A stretch of 64,000 nt of DNA. Source: Coniocarpon cinnabarinum (taxonomy: Eukaryota). Under the pieces are notes generated by a model. The model did no database searches, was not told the DNA's origin, and saw only the letters and a list, made by a program, of their open reading frames with translations. This document shows positions 47,721 through 59,149 of this stretch, one piece after another. A program made the position numbers and the translations under genes. The stretch covers positions 1 to 64,000 of the forward strand of contig JAVECO010000014.1 of the NCBI GenBank assembly GCA_051942205.1. Direction: 5' to 3'. Position 1 is the stretch's first letter. Every line of letters begins with the position of its first letter.

Positions 47721-49840
47721 TGATGTTTGTGACAAGAAATTCAAGGCAACGGAGGCTTCAAAGCACAATTGAAATCTGGAATGCCGAAAATACATGGCAT
47801 AGATGAGTTCGGAGAGTGGACTGATGACAAACCTCGGTCGCATTGACCGAAGGACACTCACACCTGGATACAATATTGCACGGTCTGGTCTTAAGCTTCA
47901 ACGGCAGATTTTCGTCGTAGCACAGACAAAACATGAGCAGGCTCAATCATCAATACACATCTATGCTCAATGAGCTCGTGTGCTTTCTAACTGCAGGACA
48001 ACGATGATCATCAGCGCCAATTCATCATTTCCGCAGCGCTTATTGCTCATCACGACATGCATTTCGCACGTAAAACCAGTTGAGCAATCAATTGCAATCA
48101 GTGACCTCGGACGTTTTCAATCCCCTAGAACGAGGGAAAGGACGTTCGTTACAAGAACGACCTTTCTACTGGCGTTCGAAAGAATATAGATGAGCGCACA
48201 AGTGACTAGAGCTGCTATTTCGGACCATCAAGCGAGTCAAAATACATCTATGCAAGCGTATCAATTGCAACATATTGAACAACTACAGCATTTCCTCGAG
48301 AAAAGCATACATAATAGTCAAGCTCGGCTAAGGGGAGCTGCGCAAGGTCACAAGCACATGCAGCTTCGTCTATCTTGGGTAGCCATTGACATGACAACAC
48401 GATTTGCGAAGCTGTGAGAGGATGCTGACCATCATCAACCCAACTGAGCCACAGCCTAAATCAGTCCATCGACTAGATCAATGAATATGCCAAAAGAAAT
48501 AACAGTATCCCCCCTGTGGTACATGAACTGAGCCAGAGAACGAAAGATTCTGCTCGTAGTTTGTTCACCTCTTTGCAGTCTTGCAACTCTCATAACAACA
48601 AACTCTGACTACGTCATTGTAAAGATGAAAGAGGAACTAAGACCCATAACGTGCCTGAAGTATTATCATATTTCCTCTCTGGGGGACTATGGCGCACGTT
48701 CTCACTTCAAATTAGTAGTCCATGTCTCTCAATTGTCAAAACGCCCGGAGTGCGCAGAATCAATTCAAGGAAAGGCCGCCAAAGGGGTCTAGAAAGCACG
48801 TTGGCAGTGAGTTCGTAGATGTCATCCACTTTGAAGTTGCGAATATTGTTCGGCGTCTGAAGAAAAGTCAGTGATGCCAATCATCGAACTCCAGCTTCTC
48901 AAGTCAACGATGAACTCTCTGAAGAGCGCAACTGACTAGACTACAAGTAGTTCACTTGGGAACCCTCCTCTGAACAGCACTTTAAGCTGCGCAAGCTTGC
49001 GAAACATCTTAACTAACGCAATGCAGGTCACGAGGCTGAGACAGGGAGAAACGAGTGTGACTGGCCCTAGCAGACTCTTTGTGCTGATGATTTTCTACGT
49101 GGGTAATCCCGCTGTCGGTGGTGACGAATCGTGCGTGCATTGCAACATCTTCGCCCAAGGTATGGTGATTAAGTGCTCAACAGGTCAGAATTGTCTTCCG
49201 TAAGGGCCTGCAAGGCGTGTATGAGATCGCAATAGCCTTCTCAGTGCTCGAAATCGTCTTTCTCTCCTTCTTTTCTTGAAGCAAGCATTGGCAGCATTCC
49301 CCATGATTCTGAATCGCTTGCGAGAGCATGTACTAAACAAGAGGACGCATCGAAACGTAGCAGGCACTCCTGACTGCTTGCCATTCTCTACACACAAGAA
49401 TCTCCCTGTAGCATCAACTTGTGTGGGAAAGGGCGCAAGGATAGCTTTCATACGCCTGCTGAACGTCGTGTTAGTACTGTTAATCGTCAATTAGAGACAC
49501 AAAAATGCTCAGAGCTTACAGATGATGATCGATGCCGTCTTGAGAACAATGCACGTTCGGGCACAATGTCATCAAAGGCGTGAGATCAAGGCCAAAGGCG
49601 CGTGTAGCACACGTGGCTGTGGAATGCAGATATCCGAGCTACGCGCGCAACGACGCGAACACCTCGAACATGGACGCGTGCGGCAAGAGCGACTGTCTAT
49701 GATCATTACACCTGCTTGCTTGACACCTTGTCCGAATTGGTGACTTCCGCCCGGGGCAACCACGTAGCGCCCACAACATCAATTTGAAGCCATGCACCAT
49801 TAACAACGATCAAGCCACGTTCTTTGAGCCGCAGGTCAAG

Positions 49841-52800
49841 ATGCGCGTCTCCATTAGGACGCAGCTAGGTTGTCTCTTTCTCCTATCAGGCTTGGTCGCC
49901 ATCGCCGTCAGCTCCTTGTCAAGCTGGATCACGGTTCACAATTTCGTACTCAATCTTCGCCAAAATAGATATGCACAAGTCGCGGCACTCAAGGCCGGTC
50001 AGCTCCAACTATCTCTTCTAATGATGGACGACACCGTTATTGCGTTGGCAGGCCGCAGCTGGTTGCGAGAAATGCTGTCGGACCACGCCAACGGCAACAT
50101 AACCACACAAGCGACCTCTCAATTTCAGGCAAACCTCGCCAACTCACTCACTGGCACGCAGCAGCAAGCTTTGGCCATGCAGGCAGCCATCTGGCCGGCA
50201 AGAGCTGAGAACAATACCTCGTTGTCGCCTTTGCTCAACGCGACTAGTAGTGATGCAGAGAGTCCCCACATTCTATTTCCAGCTGTTGGCGAGAACGGCT
50301 CCACCATATGGCTTGGTGCTCCTGAAGGTGGCCTCCCAGAGATGTTGTACCCCAACCTCACGCAAAGCGCAAGGCCCGACCGTGGAAACGTGACTTCATA
50401 CAATGGAAAAGAGTTGACTCCAGAATCCACCATATTCCTTGGACCCTTATGGACGAATGAGACTTCGGTATTGTTCTCTATAACAAGAGCAGTCATGGAT
50501 ACAACCAACACCAGCATTGCCGGCTGGCTCACAGTTGTCTTAGATGGGCGGCTAGTATTGCAAATCTCGCAGAACCCCATCGCCATAGGAGAGTCGGGGC
50601 TCAATTTGATTGTAGGACCAAATACCAATGACAACAAATTCGCCAACGGATCGCAAGACCAGCCCTATTACACACAGGGCCCAGAAATCCTTGATCAACC
50701 AGTGCACTTTGTGTTGCCACCTGCGAGAGATTCTGGTCATCCTTACGAAGTACAGCGTCCTCAAGCTTCCAAGAATGTGACGTATCCTTGGCAGTTGAAC
50801 GCATATCCAGCAGCACAGATGGCGTTTACGACGCCGTGGAGTGACTTGCAACAAGGTGGTAGTCATTTACAAGATCGCAACGAGAATGGCGCGTCCGTCG
50901 GTGTTGGGTATGCCAGCCCGCAGAGTCAACTTTGTGACTGGGTCGTCATGATTGAATACACGAGCAAAGAAGTGTATTCGCCGATCGCACAACTCCGTCG
51001 GGTCATCTTGATATCCTTTGGCGTAACTGTAGCTGTTCTCATCGTCACGGTTGTGCCAATTACCGGTATCTGGGCTGGGCCAGTACGCAGGCTGCGAGCA
51101 GCTACAGCAGAATCTATCGCTCACTACAGCGACACGGAGTCTTTATGTGAGAAAGGACTGGCCGGCACCTCAGGCTATACAAGTGGCTGTGAGTCGCAAG
51201 CTTTACAGCGACGTCCAACCAAAGTCTCTGTCGGCAGCAAACCATCTTGGCGCGGCAGCTTGTTCTCATCCAATGGAAAAGGCGAGCAATCCGCAAGTGA
51301 GCCACCGAAGCGGCTAGACATACATAAGTTAACTGGTGCGCGCTCTCAATTTCGGATACCGCCGCGAGTGAAGGAGCGAAAGCTCTTGAGTTGCATCCAG
51401 GACGAGCTCTCAGAGTTGACAACAGTCTTTAACCAAATGTCCGACGAGCTATCATTTCAATATTCAACGCTTGAAGAGCGAGTGTTGGAGCGCACCAAAG
51501 AGCTTCAGGACAGCAAGAAGGCTGCGGAGGCTGCAAATGAGAGCAAAACTCTGTTCATTGCCAACATCTCGCATGAATTGAAGACGCCTTTGAATGTAGG
51601 TTGATGACGATTTGTTCTTCAACGACGCAATGTTGCTGACGGTGTGATCAGGGAATTCTTGGCATGACCGCTGTTTGCATGCAAGAAGAGGATCCAAAAC
51701 TCATCAAAGATTCCCTGAATGTCATTTACCATAGTGGAGATTTGCTGCACAATCTGTTGACAGATTTGCTCGACTTTTCCAAGAACGAAGCTGGCCATCC
51801 ACTGGCACTGAAGGAGAAGCGTTTCCGCTTGAAAGATATTGACTATCAAATCAGCGCGGTCTTCGGTAATCAAGCCAAGACGAACGGCGTGGCACTATCA
51901 ATCTCGTATGAAGGGCCGACACCAAGATCAACTTCAGAAGGACGAGTGTTGTTTGCAGATGAGTCAGAGTCGCTTAGCGATTTATGTCTGATCGGGGATC
52001 GAGTGAGTGCCCAACTACACTTCCAGTTATTGTGCAAAAGTCTTTCTTCCGTGCGGGGTGCACTGGATACCTCATGTATCCCACAGGTGTAAGGTCGCTT
52101 GTTTTCACTTAGGCTAACATCCTGAATCGCAGAGTCGCATCCTCCAGGTCGTCATCAATCTTGTCAGCAATGCGCTCAAATTTACGCCCAAGGATGGCAA
52201 CGTGTGGCTTCGGATGCGGAAACTTCAGCCCACCGCACCGAAGCTGAACGACCCTTGGAAACCCTCAACGTCCTCGGCGAACCAGATGTCTTCATTGAGT
52301 AGCATTCCTGACACGTCAAACTCACATAGTAGCGATATGGATGATAGGTCTGCAATCTTGAAGCAAAGATCTAAGTATGCCGCATCAACAAGTCCGGATA
52401 ATACGCATATGACAGCAGGAGGAGAACGAGAAGACGCGTCACCGGACCTTCCATCTTACCATTTTGAGTTCGAAGTGCAGGATACTGGGCCCGGTATTGC
52501 GGCCGATGTCCAACAGAAGATCTTCGAGCCATTCGTTCAGGGAGACGTAAGCTTGGCCAGAAAGCATGGAGGCACTGGTCTAGGACTGTCAATCTGCCGT
52601 CAGTTAGCTAAGCTGCTGCATGGCTCGATAGGTGTTGAGAGCAAACCCGGACAAGGAAGCACATTTAGGTTGCGAATCCCGCTACGAATATCGCCATACA
52701 ATCGAACCAGCGCCGACTCTGACGCTTCGACCAGCTCAAGAGCGTCATCACCAAGGCTGCCACCAGTACAGGAACACGTCGCAGAGGAGCGAATGGCTAC

Positions 52801-53446
52801 TGCACTTCAGGTCACATCTCGTTCAGCTTCAGTCGTCTCACAATCTTCGAAGCCCCGACTGCTAGGCCTTAGTCAACCGTTCTTCTCTACTTCACAAACC
52901 CCAGTAGCCTCTCCAACGAGCGAGAGCATGCCGGGCACGCCTAAGATGAAGCAGGCTTTGCGCGTACTTGTTGCGGAAGATAATGAAACAAACAGGAGAG
53001 TTATTGTACGCTTGCTCGAGTTGGAGGACATCGCCAACATCACTGTGGCAAAGGACGGCGAAGAGGCGTTCGAGAAGGTGAAAGAGCGTCTAGCGGGCCA
53101 GGAACAGTTCGACCTGATTCTCATGGACGTGCAAATGCCAAAGATGGACGGCCGCCAGAGCACCAAAAGAATTCGAGAGGCTGGCTTCACAGCGCCAATC
53201 GTTGCCTTGACTGCTTTCACAGACGAGCTGAACCAGAAAGAGTGTTTCGAGGCGGGAATGGATTCGTTCATTGGCAAGCCCATCAAAAAGCCGGAGCTCA
53301 AAAAAATGCTGAGAAAGCTGAGCAGTAATGACAAGGACTCGTTCATCGGCTCGACACATTCGCAGAACAGTCCTTCCGTCTCGGAAGTCAGCCAGAGGAA
53401 GTTTTCATACGTGTCGAACAGTTCCACGGAGAAGCCAAATGTGTAA
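49841..53446 (+). CDS. SLN1: membrane-bound hybrid histidine kinase, Sln1/TcsB (group VI) osmosensor type
   Basis: Exons 49841-51595, 51652-52002, 52133-53446. Two TM helices flank an extracellular domain; HAMP-like [14 protein letters not shown]-box [14 protein letters not shown]-box [27 protein letters not shown]; receiver [13 protein letters not shown]. Confidence 0.93.
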
Positions 53447-54235
53447 GGGGTGGAAACAATGCAAGGCACAGAGAGTGCCTGACCAGTTGTTGGATACATA
53501 CTCGTGTGAATACACTTTGACCTTTTTTGAGTCTTGCCTGGTCCCCAGTGTTTGGCACAAACTATGCACGGGATAGCAACTATGTCGAGGACTTCGAAGA
53601 TGATCTGGATGAGCATGGCTGCTAGAGCCTCTACCCATGCAAGTCTTTGTAACTAGATAATGCATGACACTGGAGTGTCAATAGTCCACTTGCCACGGAT
53701 GACAATCAAGAGGGAGTCAAAAGTGTCACTACACTGCTTGAGAGACTTGATTACTCCAGTCAACCAATCTCCTTCTCACCAACGTGGTGTTCGCTTTCTC
53801 TGGCTTGCGTTGACCGCGCATTAAAAATCCCGATTCGCTTATACACCGGCAGTCTCCAGCCTCCAGGTCGCAGGCATATTGGAGCATTGCCTCCCACAAG
53901 ACGCGCCCGACCCGGACCGGTGGGGGCATATCGGCCCTACATGCCCACTCCCGAGCTTCGCGGGTAGAGGGGGTGATCAGCACCGCGTCGACTCAATTGC
54001 AAATATTCGAAGCCAACATGTCTGACTGCAGACTGCGTAACACAGCACTCCATAGAGGGGATGTGCTGTTGAAGTGCAATCATGCAAGATCTCAGCGGTG
54101 GCTGACGGCCAGGCAAACAATCTCGACCAAGCGGACGCGCCGCTGTGTTCGTATTGAATTGAATGATCATGACATTAGATCCATTCGCTGAGTCACGAAA
54201 GATACTTGTGCAAGCTCATCGTGAGTATAGACGAC

Positions 54236-55393
54236 TCAGCCTTTTGACTGACCTGAAGAGATCCGCTGGCTGCCTGGTGAATGCTCTCTCTCCGTCTGAA
54301 GCGCCTCAACTTTGTTCCAATCGCGAAAGTCGAACCACCGCTTCACTTTGTCAGTCATCCTCTCTTGACCCTTGGCTTGTCTCTCCAATCGCTCCTTTCG
54401 CTCTTCGAAATAACGTTCTCCAAAGCGATTGAGCAGCTCAGCTTGGTATGCAAGGTCCTGCTCAAGCTCCCGTTTAGCAAGTTCGAGCTGAACTCCTTCC
54501 AGGTCTTTAAACCGATCGTTTTGAAACTTTTCTTGAAGATGCTGCGGCAGCGTATCGAACCTGACGGGCGCTCGAGAGGGGTTGTAGTCTTCTGCGTTCG
54601 AAGTTTTGGACGCTTGGATCTGGCTTTGACCTCCAATATCAGGCGCATTTTCAGATAGTTGGGCCGCGGTCAACGTATCAACATCTGGCAACGGCAGCCC
54701 TTTCTCTTTCGCCTCATCAATGGCCTGTTCTTGTTTCAGCATCCGTTGGTAGAGCTTATCTGCGTGCATCTGTATCTTCTCGTTCTCTTCTGCACTCCGA
54801 TCGAACATCGAGAGGTAACCCAGTGCTCGCAGGAATTTTGTCTGTATATTCACGCACTTTTCGAGTGCGCGATTCTCTGCCCGACACATTGTCATCCTTG
54901 AAGCCCAACTGCCAGATGAGAAGCACTCGTGTATGGCCATCTGCTCCATCGCGCAGTTTTCCATTGCAGCTCGTTTGAGTTCTGCTCCCCGCTCCTTGTA
55001 GGCTGCCACGATGTCAGTCAGCTTCTCTTGATCAGACTTGCCGGCCTCTTCGGCTTCTTGTGTTGGCCTGTATGTCTTCCAGAGATGCGCATATCGTCCG
55101 TCTTGAAACAAGGATTCCTGAGGGAGTGTTGGTTCGTGCTGTGGGTCTGATGGAGTTGCCTGCTCCTGAGCATTTTGCTGTCCATGATCTGGCTGGGCTG
55201 AATTTCCTCCCAACCCGAAGATTGAGCGGAACGTCGGTACTCTCCATCCTTCAGAAGCTGGGGTTGTGACTGCTGTTGCGGGTGGTTCGTCTTGTCTGTA
55301 GTTTTGGGGAGTTTCTTTCTCCAGAAACTTGCGCAAGCTGGGATCGATGTCCTTCAGAGGATCTTGTTGGCCCCATATTGGAAACCAGCCCAT
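54236..55393 (-). CDS. conserved fungal protein with twin CX9C motif and coiled coils
   Basis: ATG at 55393 (MGWFPIWG); SLFQDGRYAHLWKTY; C-AMEQMAIHE-C and C-RAENRALEK-C; FLRALGYL. Confidence 0.85.
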   Translation of the reverse strand: MGWFPIWGQQDPLKDIDPSLRKFLEKETPQNYRQDEPPATAVTTPASEGWRVPTFRSIFGLGGNSAQPDHGQQNAQEQATPSDPQHEPTLPQESLFQDGRYAHLWKTYRPTQEAEEAGKSDQEKLTDIVAAYKERGAELKRAAMENCAMEQMAIHECFSSGSWASRMTMCRAENRALEKCVNIQTKFLRALGYLSMFDRSAEENEKIQMHADKLYQRMLKQEQAIDEAKEKGLPLPDVDTLTAAQLSENAPDIGGQSQIQASKTSNAEDYNPSRAPVRFDTLPQHLQEKFQNDRFKDLEGVQLELAKRELEQDLAYQAELLNRFGERYFEERKERLERQAKGQERMTDKVKRWFDFRDWNKVEALQTEREHSPGSQRISSGQSKG

Positions 55394-55449
55394 TGCAACG
55401 CTTGCAGCTGACAGCCTAATCTCAAGCTCAGAGCTCAACCAGCATCTTA

Positions 55450-55862
55450 TTGCTAGATAACTATCATCAGCAACTTCTTGGCACTCGGAAATTTTTTTCT
55501 CAGCTACTGCTAGACGAACTTCGACGACAGCGCTCGCATTTCAACTAATCTTGTTAATCTAAAAGCTGTATATATATATATAAGTAGTATCTAAATTCTA
55601 TGCTATATATATTAAATTTTTAAAAAAGACGATACAAAAATTCTATCTTTATAAGCTAGCATATATATATAAAGTTATAAAGTGACTACGCGTAAAATTT
55701 AAGTAACCTATACAAAAATTTAGGTCTTATTTAATTAGTACAAGTTAAAGATTTTAAGCAATTATGTTGATTTGTGAGCGCTGTCGTCGAAATTTGTCTA
55801 ACAATAGCTTAGAAAAAAAATTCCTGAGTGCCAAGAAGTTGCTGATGATAGTTATCTAGCAA
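55450..55862. mobile_element. MITE-like non-autonomous DNA transposon (413 bp), ~100-bp imperfect TIRs, TA target-site duplication
   Basis: 55446-55486 is the exact reverse complement of 55826-55866 (41 bp), and similarity continues inward to ~100 bp. TA at 55448-49 and 55863-64. Very AT/TpA-rich interior with no ORF. Confidence 0.9.
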
Positions 55863-56016
55863 TAAGCCAAGGCTCTCAATTCAGGCAGGTTTGGTATCCT
55901 TTCGCCTGTTGCGCCCTCATTATTGGCACATGAAATTGGGTGGGTGATTACGTGACTGTGATGACAAGTTTGGGTCACGATGCTTCGAGGATTGTTAATC
56001 GTTACATGGTCATCCA

Positions 56017-57623
56017 CTACCTATCGTCCCTATCTCTAATACCCAAGCTTCTTTTCGCTATCCCATAACCTTTATATCCCAAAAGCAGAGGAAAAGGAAC
56101 TGCACACCATGCCAACACCGCCAGAAAGACCAAACTTGCTTTCATGTTGCCCACTGGGGCTGTTCCTCCTGTCTGTGGCGGACCTTGTCCTTCGTCTGCC
56201 CCGCTTCCAACTTCTTGTCCTGCACCTGCACCACCCCAGACGCCGCGTAGAGCGTCCATGACAATGATAGAAATTGCTCCACCCACTTGCCCGCCGGCCC
56301 ACACGATGGCACTGCACACTTCAGGGCCAGCGTCTTCCCAAGTGACTTCCACCAGTAACTCCAATGCCAGCGGAACCAGCACAAACGAGCCAGCGCCCAT
56401 GACGGCAGCAATAGCGTAAGGAGCTCCGACGGACCGAGTTTGCGGCGCCCAAATGAAAGCCAGATATGTGATGGCCACTAGAAGGACGAGCGCTTTGATA
56501 AGCCACAGGCGTACACGGGATGAAGGTACCGTGAAGTGATCGAGAAGGGGCGACGACACCGCAGCTGCAACGAGCCCTACCAATATCAGCAGCGCGCCCG
56601 TGATTCCTGCGTCATCCTCGCTGAATTTGTATGGATACAAAATGGAGTTGAGCTCAGAAGAGATGGCGTTGAAACATGAGACCAGAAGCGTGAACGGGAC
56701 AGCAAGGATATGGAAGCTGGGATTCCGGAGAAGATCGCGAAGCGTTTTGATGGACAGTGTGTGAGACGTCACACTTGATGTGCCGAAAGTTGCTGTAGGA
56801 GGTGAGGGCGGTCGCGCTGGGATGATGTAGCTAGGCAATGTTGTGAAAGTGCACTGCACTCAAAATTAGCATTTGCTGACCATTTCATCGTATGCGCATG
56901 GGCTGTGGGCCTTGTACATACTACAAGAGCAACGTAGAGCGTCATGTGTGGTATGTCTTGCGGCTTCGTGCACCAGATAGGGTCAACCAACTGGCCGAGG
57001 GCGCCCCCAAGTGGATTTGCCAAACTTGCCACTGCTGTTGCCGCCACGCGCCCCTTCTCACTAAACCACATATCACTATACCTAGTCGGAGCGCTCAAAA
57101 CGAATGGTTGCCCAAAGCCCACCAATATTTGGCCGAGCATTACCACCCCATACTTCCCACTTTTACCTGATCTCACTCCAGCATATCGTACCCAGTTGCC
57201 GACAAGTATGAGGCCCGCTGCGCATACAATAGCGTCTTTGGGACCGTGTTTGTTTAACACCCATATTGTAGCAGGCGTAGCCGCACAAAACGCGAAAAGG
57301 AAGGCCGTGGAGAGCCAATTTATTGCAGAGATATTGACATGGAAGTACTGCGCAGAGGTAGTGGAAACAGGCGCATAGGTGAGCCACGACCAGGAAACCA
57401 CAACATTCAAAAGGATAAGTTGACCAAGACCAAGGAAGCGGCGTTTGTAGACACGCGGAGGGGGATGGATTGGCTGCAGAGGCGAAGTGGAATGCGTAAG
57501 AGTGAGGGGCTGATCCGCGGTGGGCGAGGTTGGTGGCGAGAAGGGCGGAGGCGAGGTGGCGCGAGCGGATGAGTGAGGTGATTTTGGAGAGGACAGTGGA
57601 GGTTGGTGTTGACCAATGGTCAT
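56017..57623 (-). CDS. MFS transporter, FLVCR/SLC49-like
   Basis: Exons 57623-56922 and 56853-56017. RVYKRRFLGL, WLTYAPV, GNWVRY, GQILVGFGQPFVLSAPTRYSDMWFSEKGRVAAT, NPLGGALGQ; about 12 hydrophobic segments. Confidence 0.9.
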
Positions 57624-58009
57624 GTCTACGGATTGGCAGAGATATTGTAGGAGGCAAGCGGCTACGGAGGAAGGAGGACGCTAGCGATGCACACAGTGAG
57701 TTCTGATGGCATTGCTACTAATGAATGACGATGCTGAAGAGCTTTGGAGGTAAGAATAAGGTGGCCATTGCGACCTCTTGGATGCTGTGCATTGAGGTAG
57801 TAGGTATGAGTTGTGTTTGATCAAACAGAGGGAACGTTTAGAAAAGTCTTGGCGGCGGAGCAAGCGTGAAGGGGGCTGAGGCGACCTGGATGAGTTTGGT
57901 CAATTATCATCAATTTTCCTCGAAAGAGATTTCAGTAACCATGGCAGGGCATCATGGAAGCCTACTGCCTGCACGAAAACGTGCCGACCTGTGGCCAAAG
58001 GATGGTTCC

Positions 58010-58943
58010 TCAGAGGTTATTTCGAAACTTTGCAAACGCCTCCTTGACAGACATGCCCCTATCCACTTCTTCCTTCACTTTGTCGTCTCCGCTGATCATC
58101 TTAGGCGCTATTTCGAGAACTGCATCCACTTTGTCTTGTGGAATCACGACGCAGCCCTCAACTGGATCACTGAAAATAATGTCACCCTGCAATCTGTCTT
58201 AGCGTCTAGATCTCACCGACACACAAGCAAGAGTACGTACAGGCTTGATTTGCACGCCTTGGACGGTGATAGGCACGTTGATCGCCCACGGTTTCGTTTC
58301 CAACCCTGCGCCGACCGTTGACGTGCCTTTTGCCCAGATCTGATAGCAATAAGCACGTCTCATTGAAACGTAGGTCGAACTCGACATACGGGAATGTGTT
58401 TCGTCTTCAGCTCCGTGAGATCACGGATCCTGCCACCCACCAGAATGCCCTTGGCGCCCCTTTTCTTCATTCTTGAAGCCATGATTCCACCTAAAGCTGC
58501 ACAGCTCTGACCACTCGGTTGAGACAGCACAACGAAAGTGTCAGAGGGCGTGAGGTCGACCCAATGAGAGTTTGCAGGGATGTTGGACATCATGACACCT
58601 TGGAAGTCGTCGCCATCATCGTGTGGAGCTCCTCCCTTTGGCACCAGCAGAACAGTCGAAGCTGGTGCAGCGCACTTAGGCAAAAGCTGAATCTTGTCAG
58701 AGGTGACGCCATTCGGTGCGAAGTGCCCTGCACTGGGTCAGGACGTGTCGGCGATCTGGCGTACTCTGATGTTCTACACACTCAAGTCGGGTAGAAAGCC
58801 TGCATTCGGGACTTTGAGTTTCAGCAGGACATCTGAGATCTGGTCATGTTTGAGCTTTCCTAACTTGGGTCCTCACGAAAATTCAAACTTACGTCGCACG
58901 CCGTGAACTGTGTGAGCGCTTTGAGCCTAGAGGAGGCTGACAT
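58010..58943 (-). CDS. RraA-like / 4-hydroxy-4-methyl-2-oxoglutarate (HMG) aldolase family protein
   Basis: Five exons: 58943-58893, 58839-58782, 58727-58390, 58339-58241, 58186-58010. FTACDISDVLLKL, AALGGIMA, GILVGGRIRD, IWAKGTSTVG, IKPGDIIFSD..GCVVIP. Confidence 0.92.
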
Positions 58944-59149
58944 CTAGGTAAGCTGAGGTAGGTAGGTATACTATCATGCATATAAAATGTTATCCAACAT
59001 TGATCTCAATGGGATGAGACTGCCTACAGGTACGAAAGCTTATCACGTGCAGTAGCTCCCAGCTAGTGCGGCATGCTCTTTCCCAAAACCATGAAGGAGT
59101 TGTCGCGGAGCGAGAAGGATATCCAACGACGCTAAATGATCTCGCACGC

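Noticed and set aside
52003..52132. Internal CAG|GT|GTAAGG in SLN1 intron 2 (recursive splice or stwintron?)
   Set aside because: Weak upstream branch point. A 2-nt exon breaks the frame unless a GAG acceptor is used, and simple splicing already restores GDRSRILQV.
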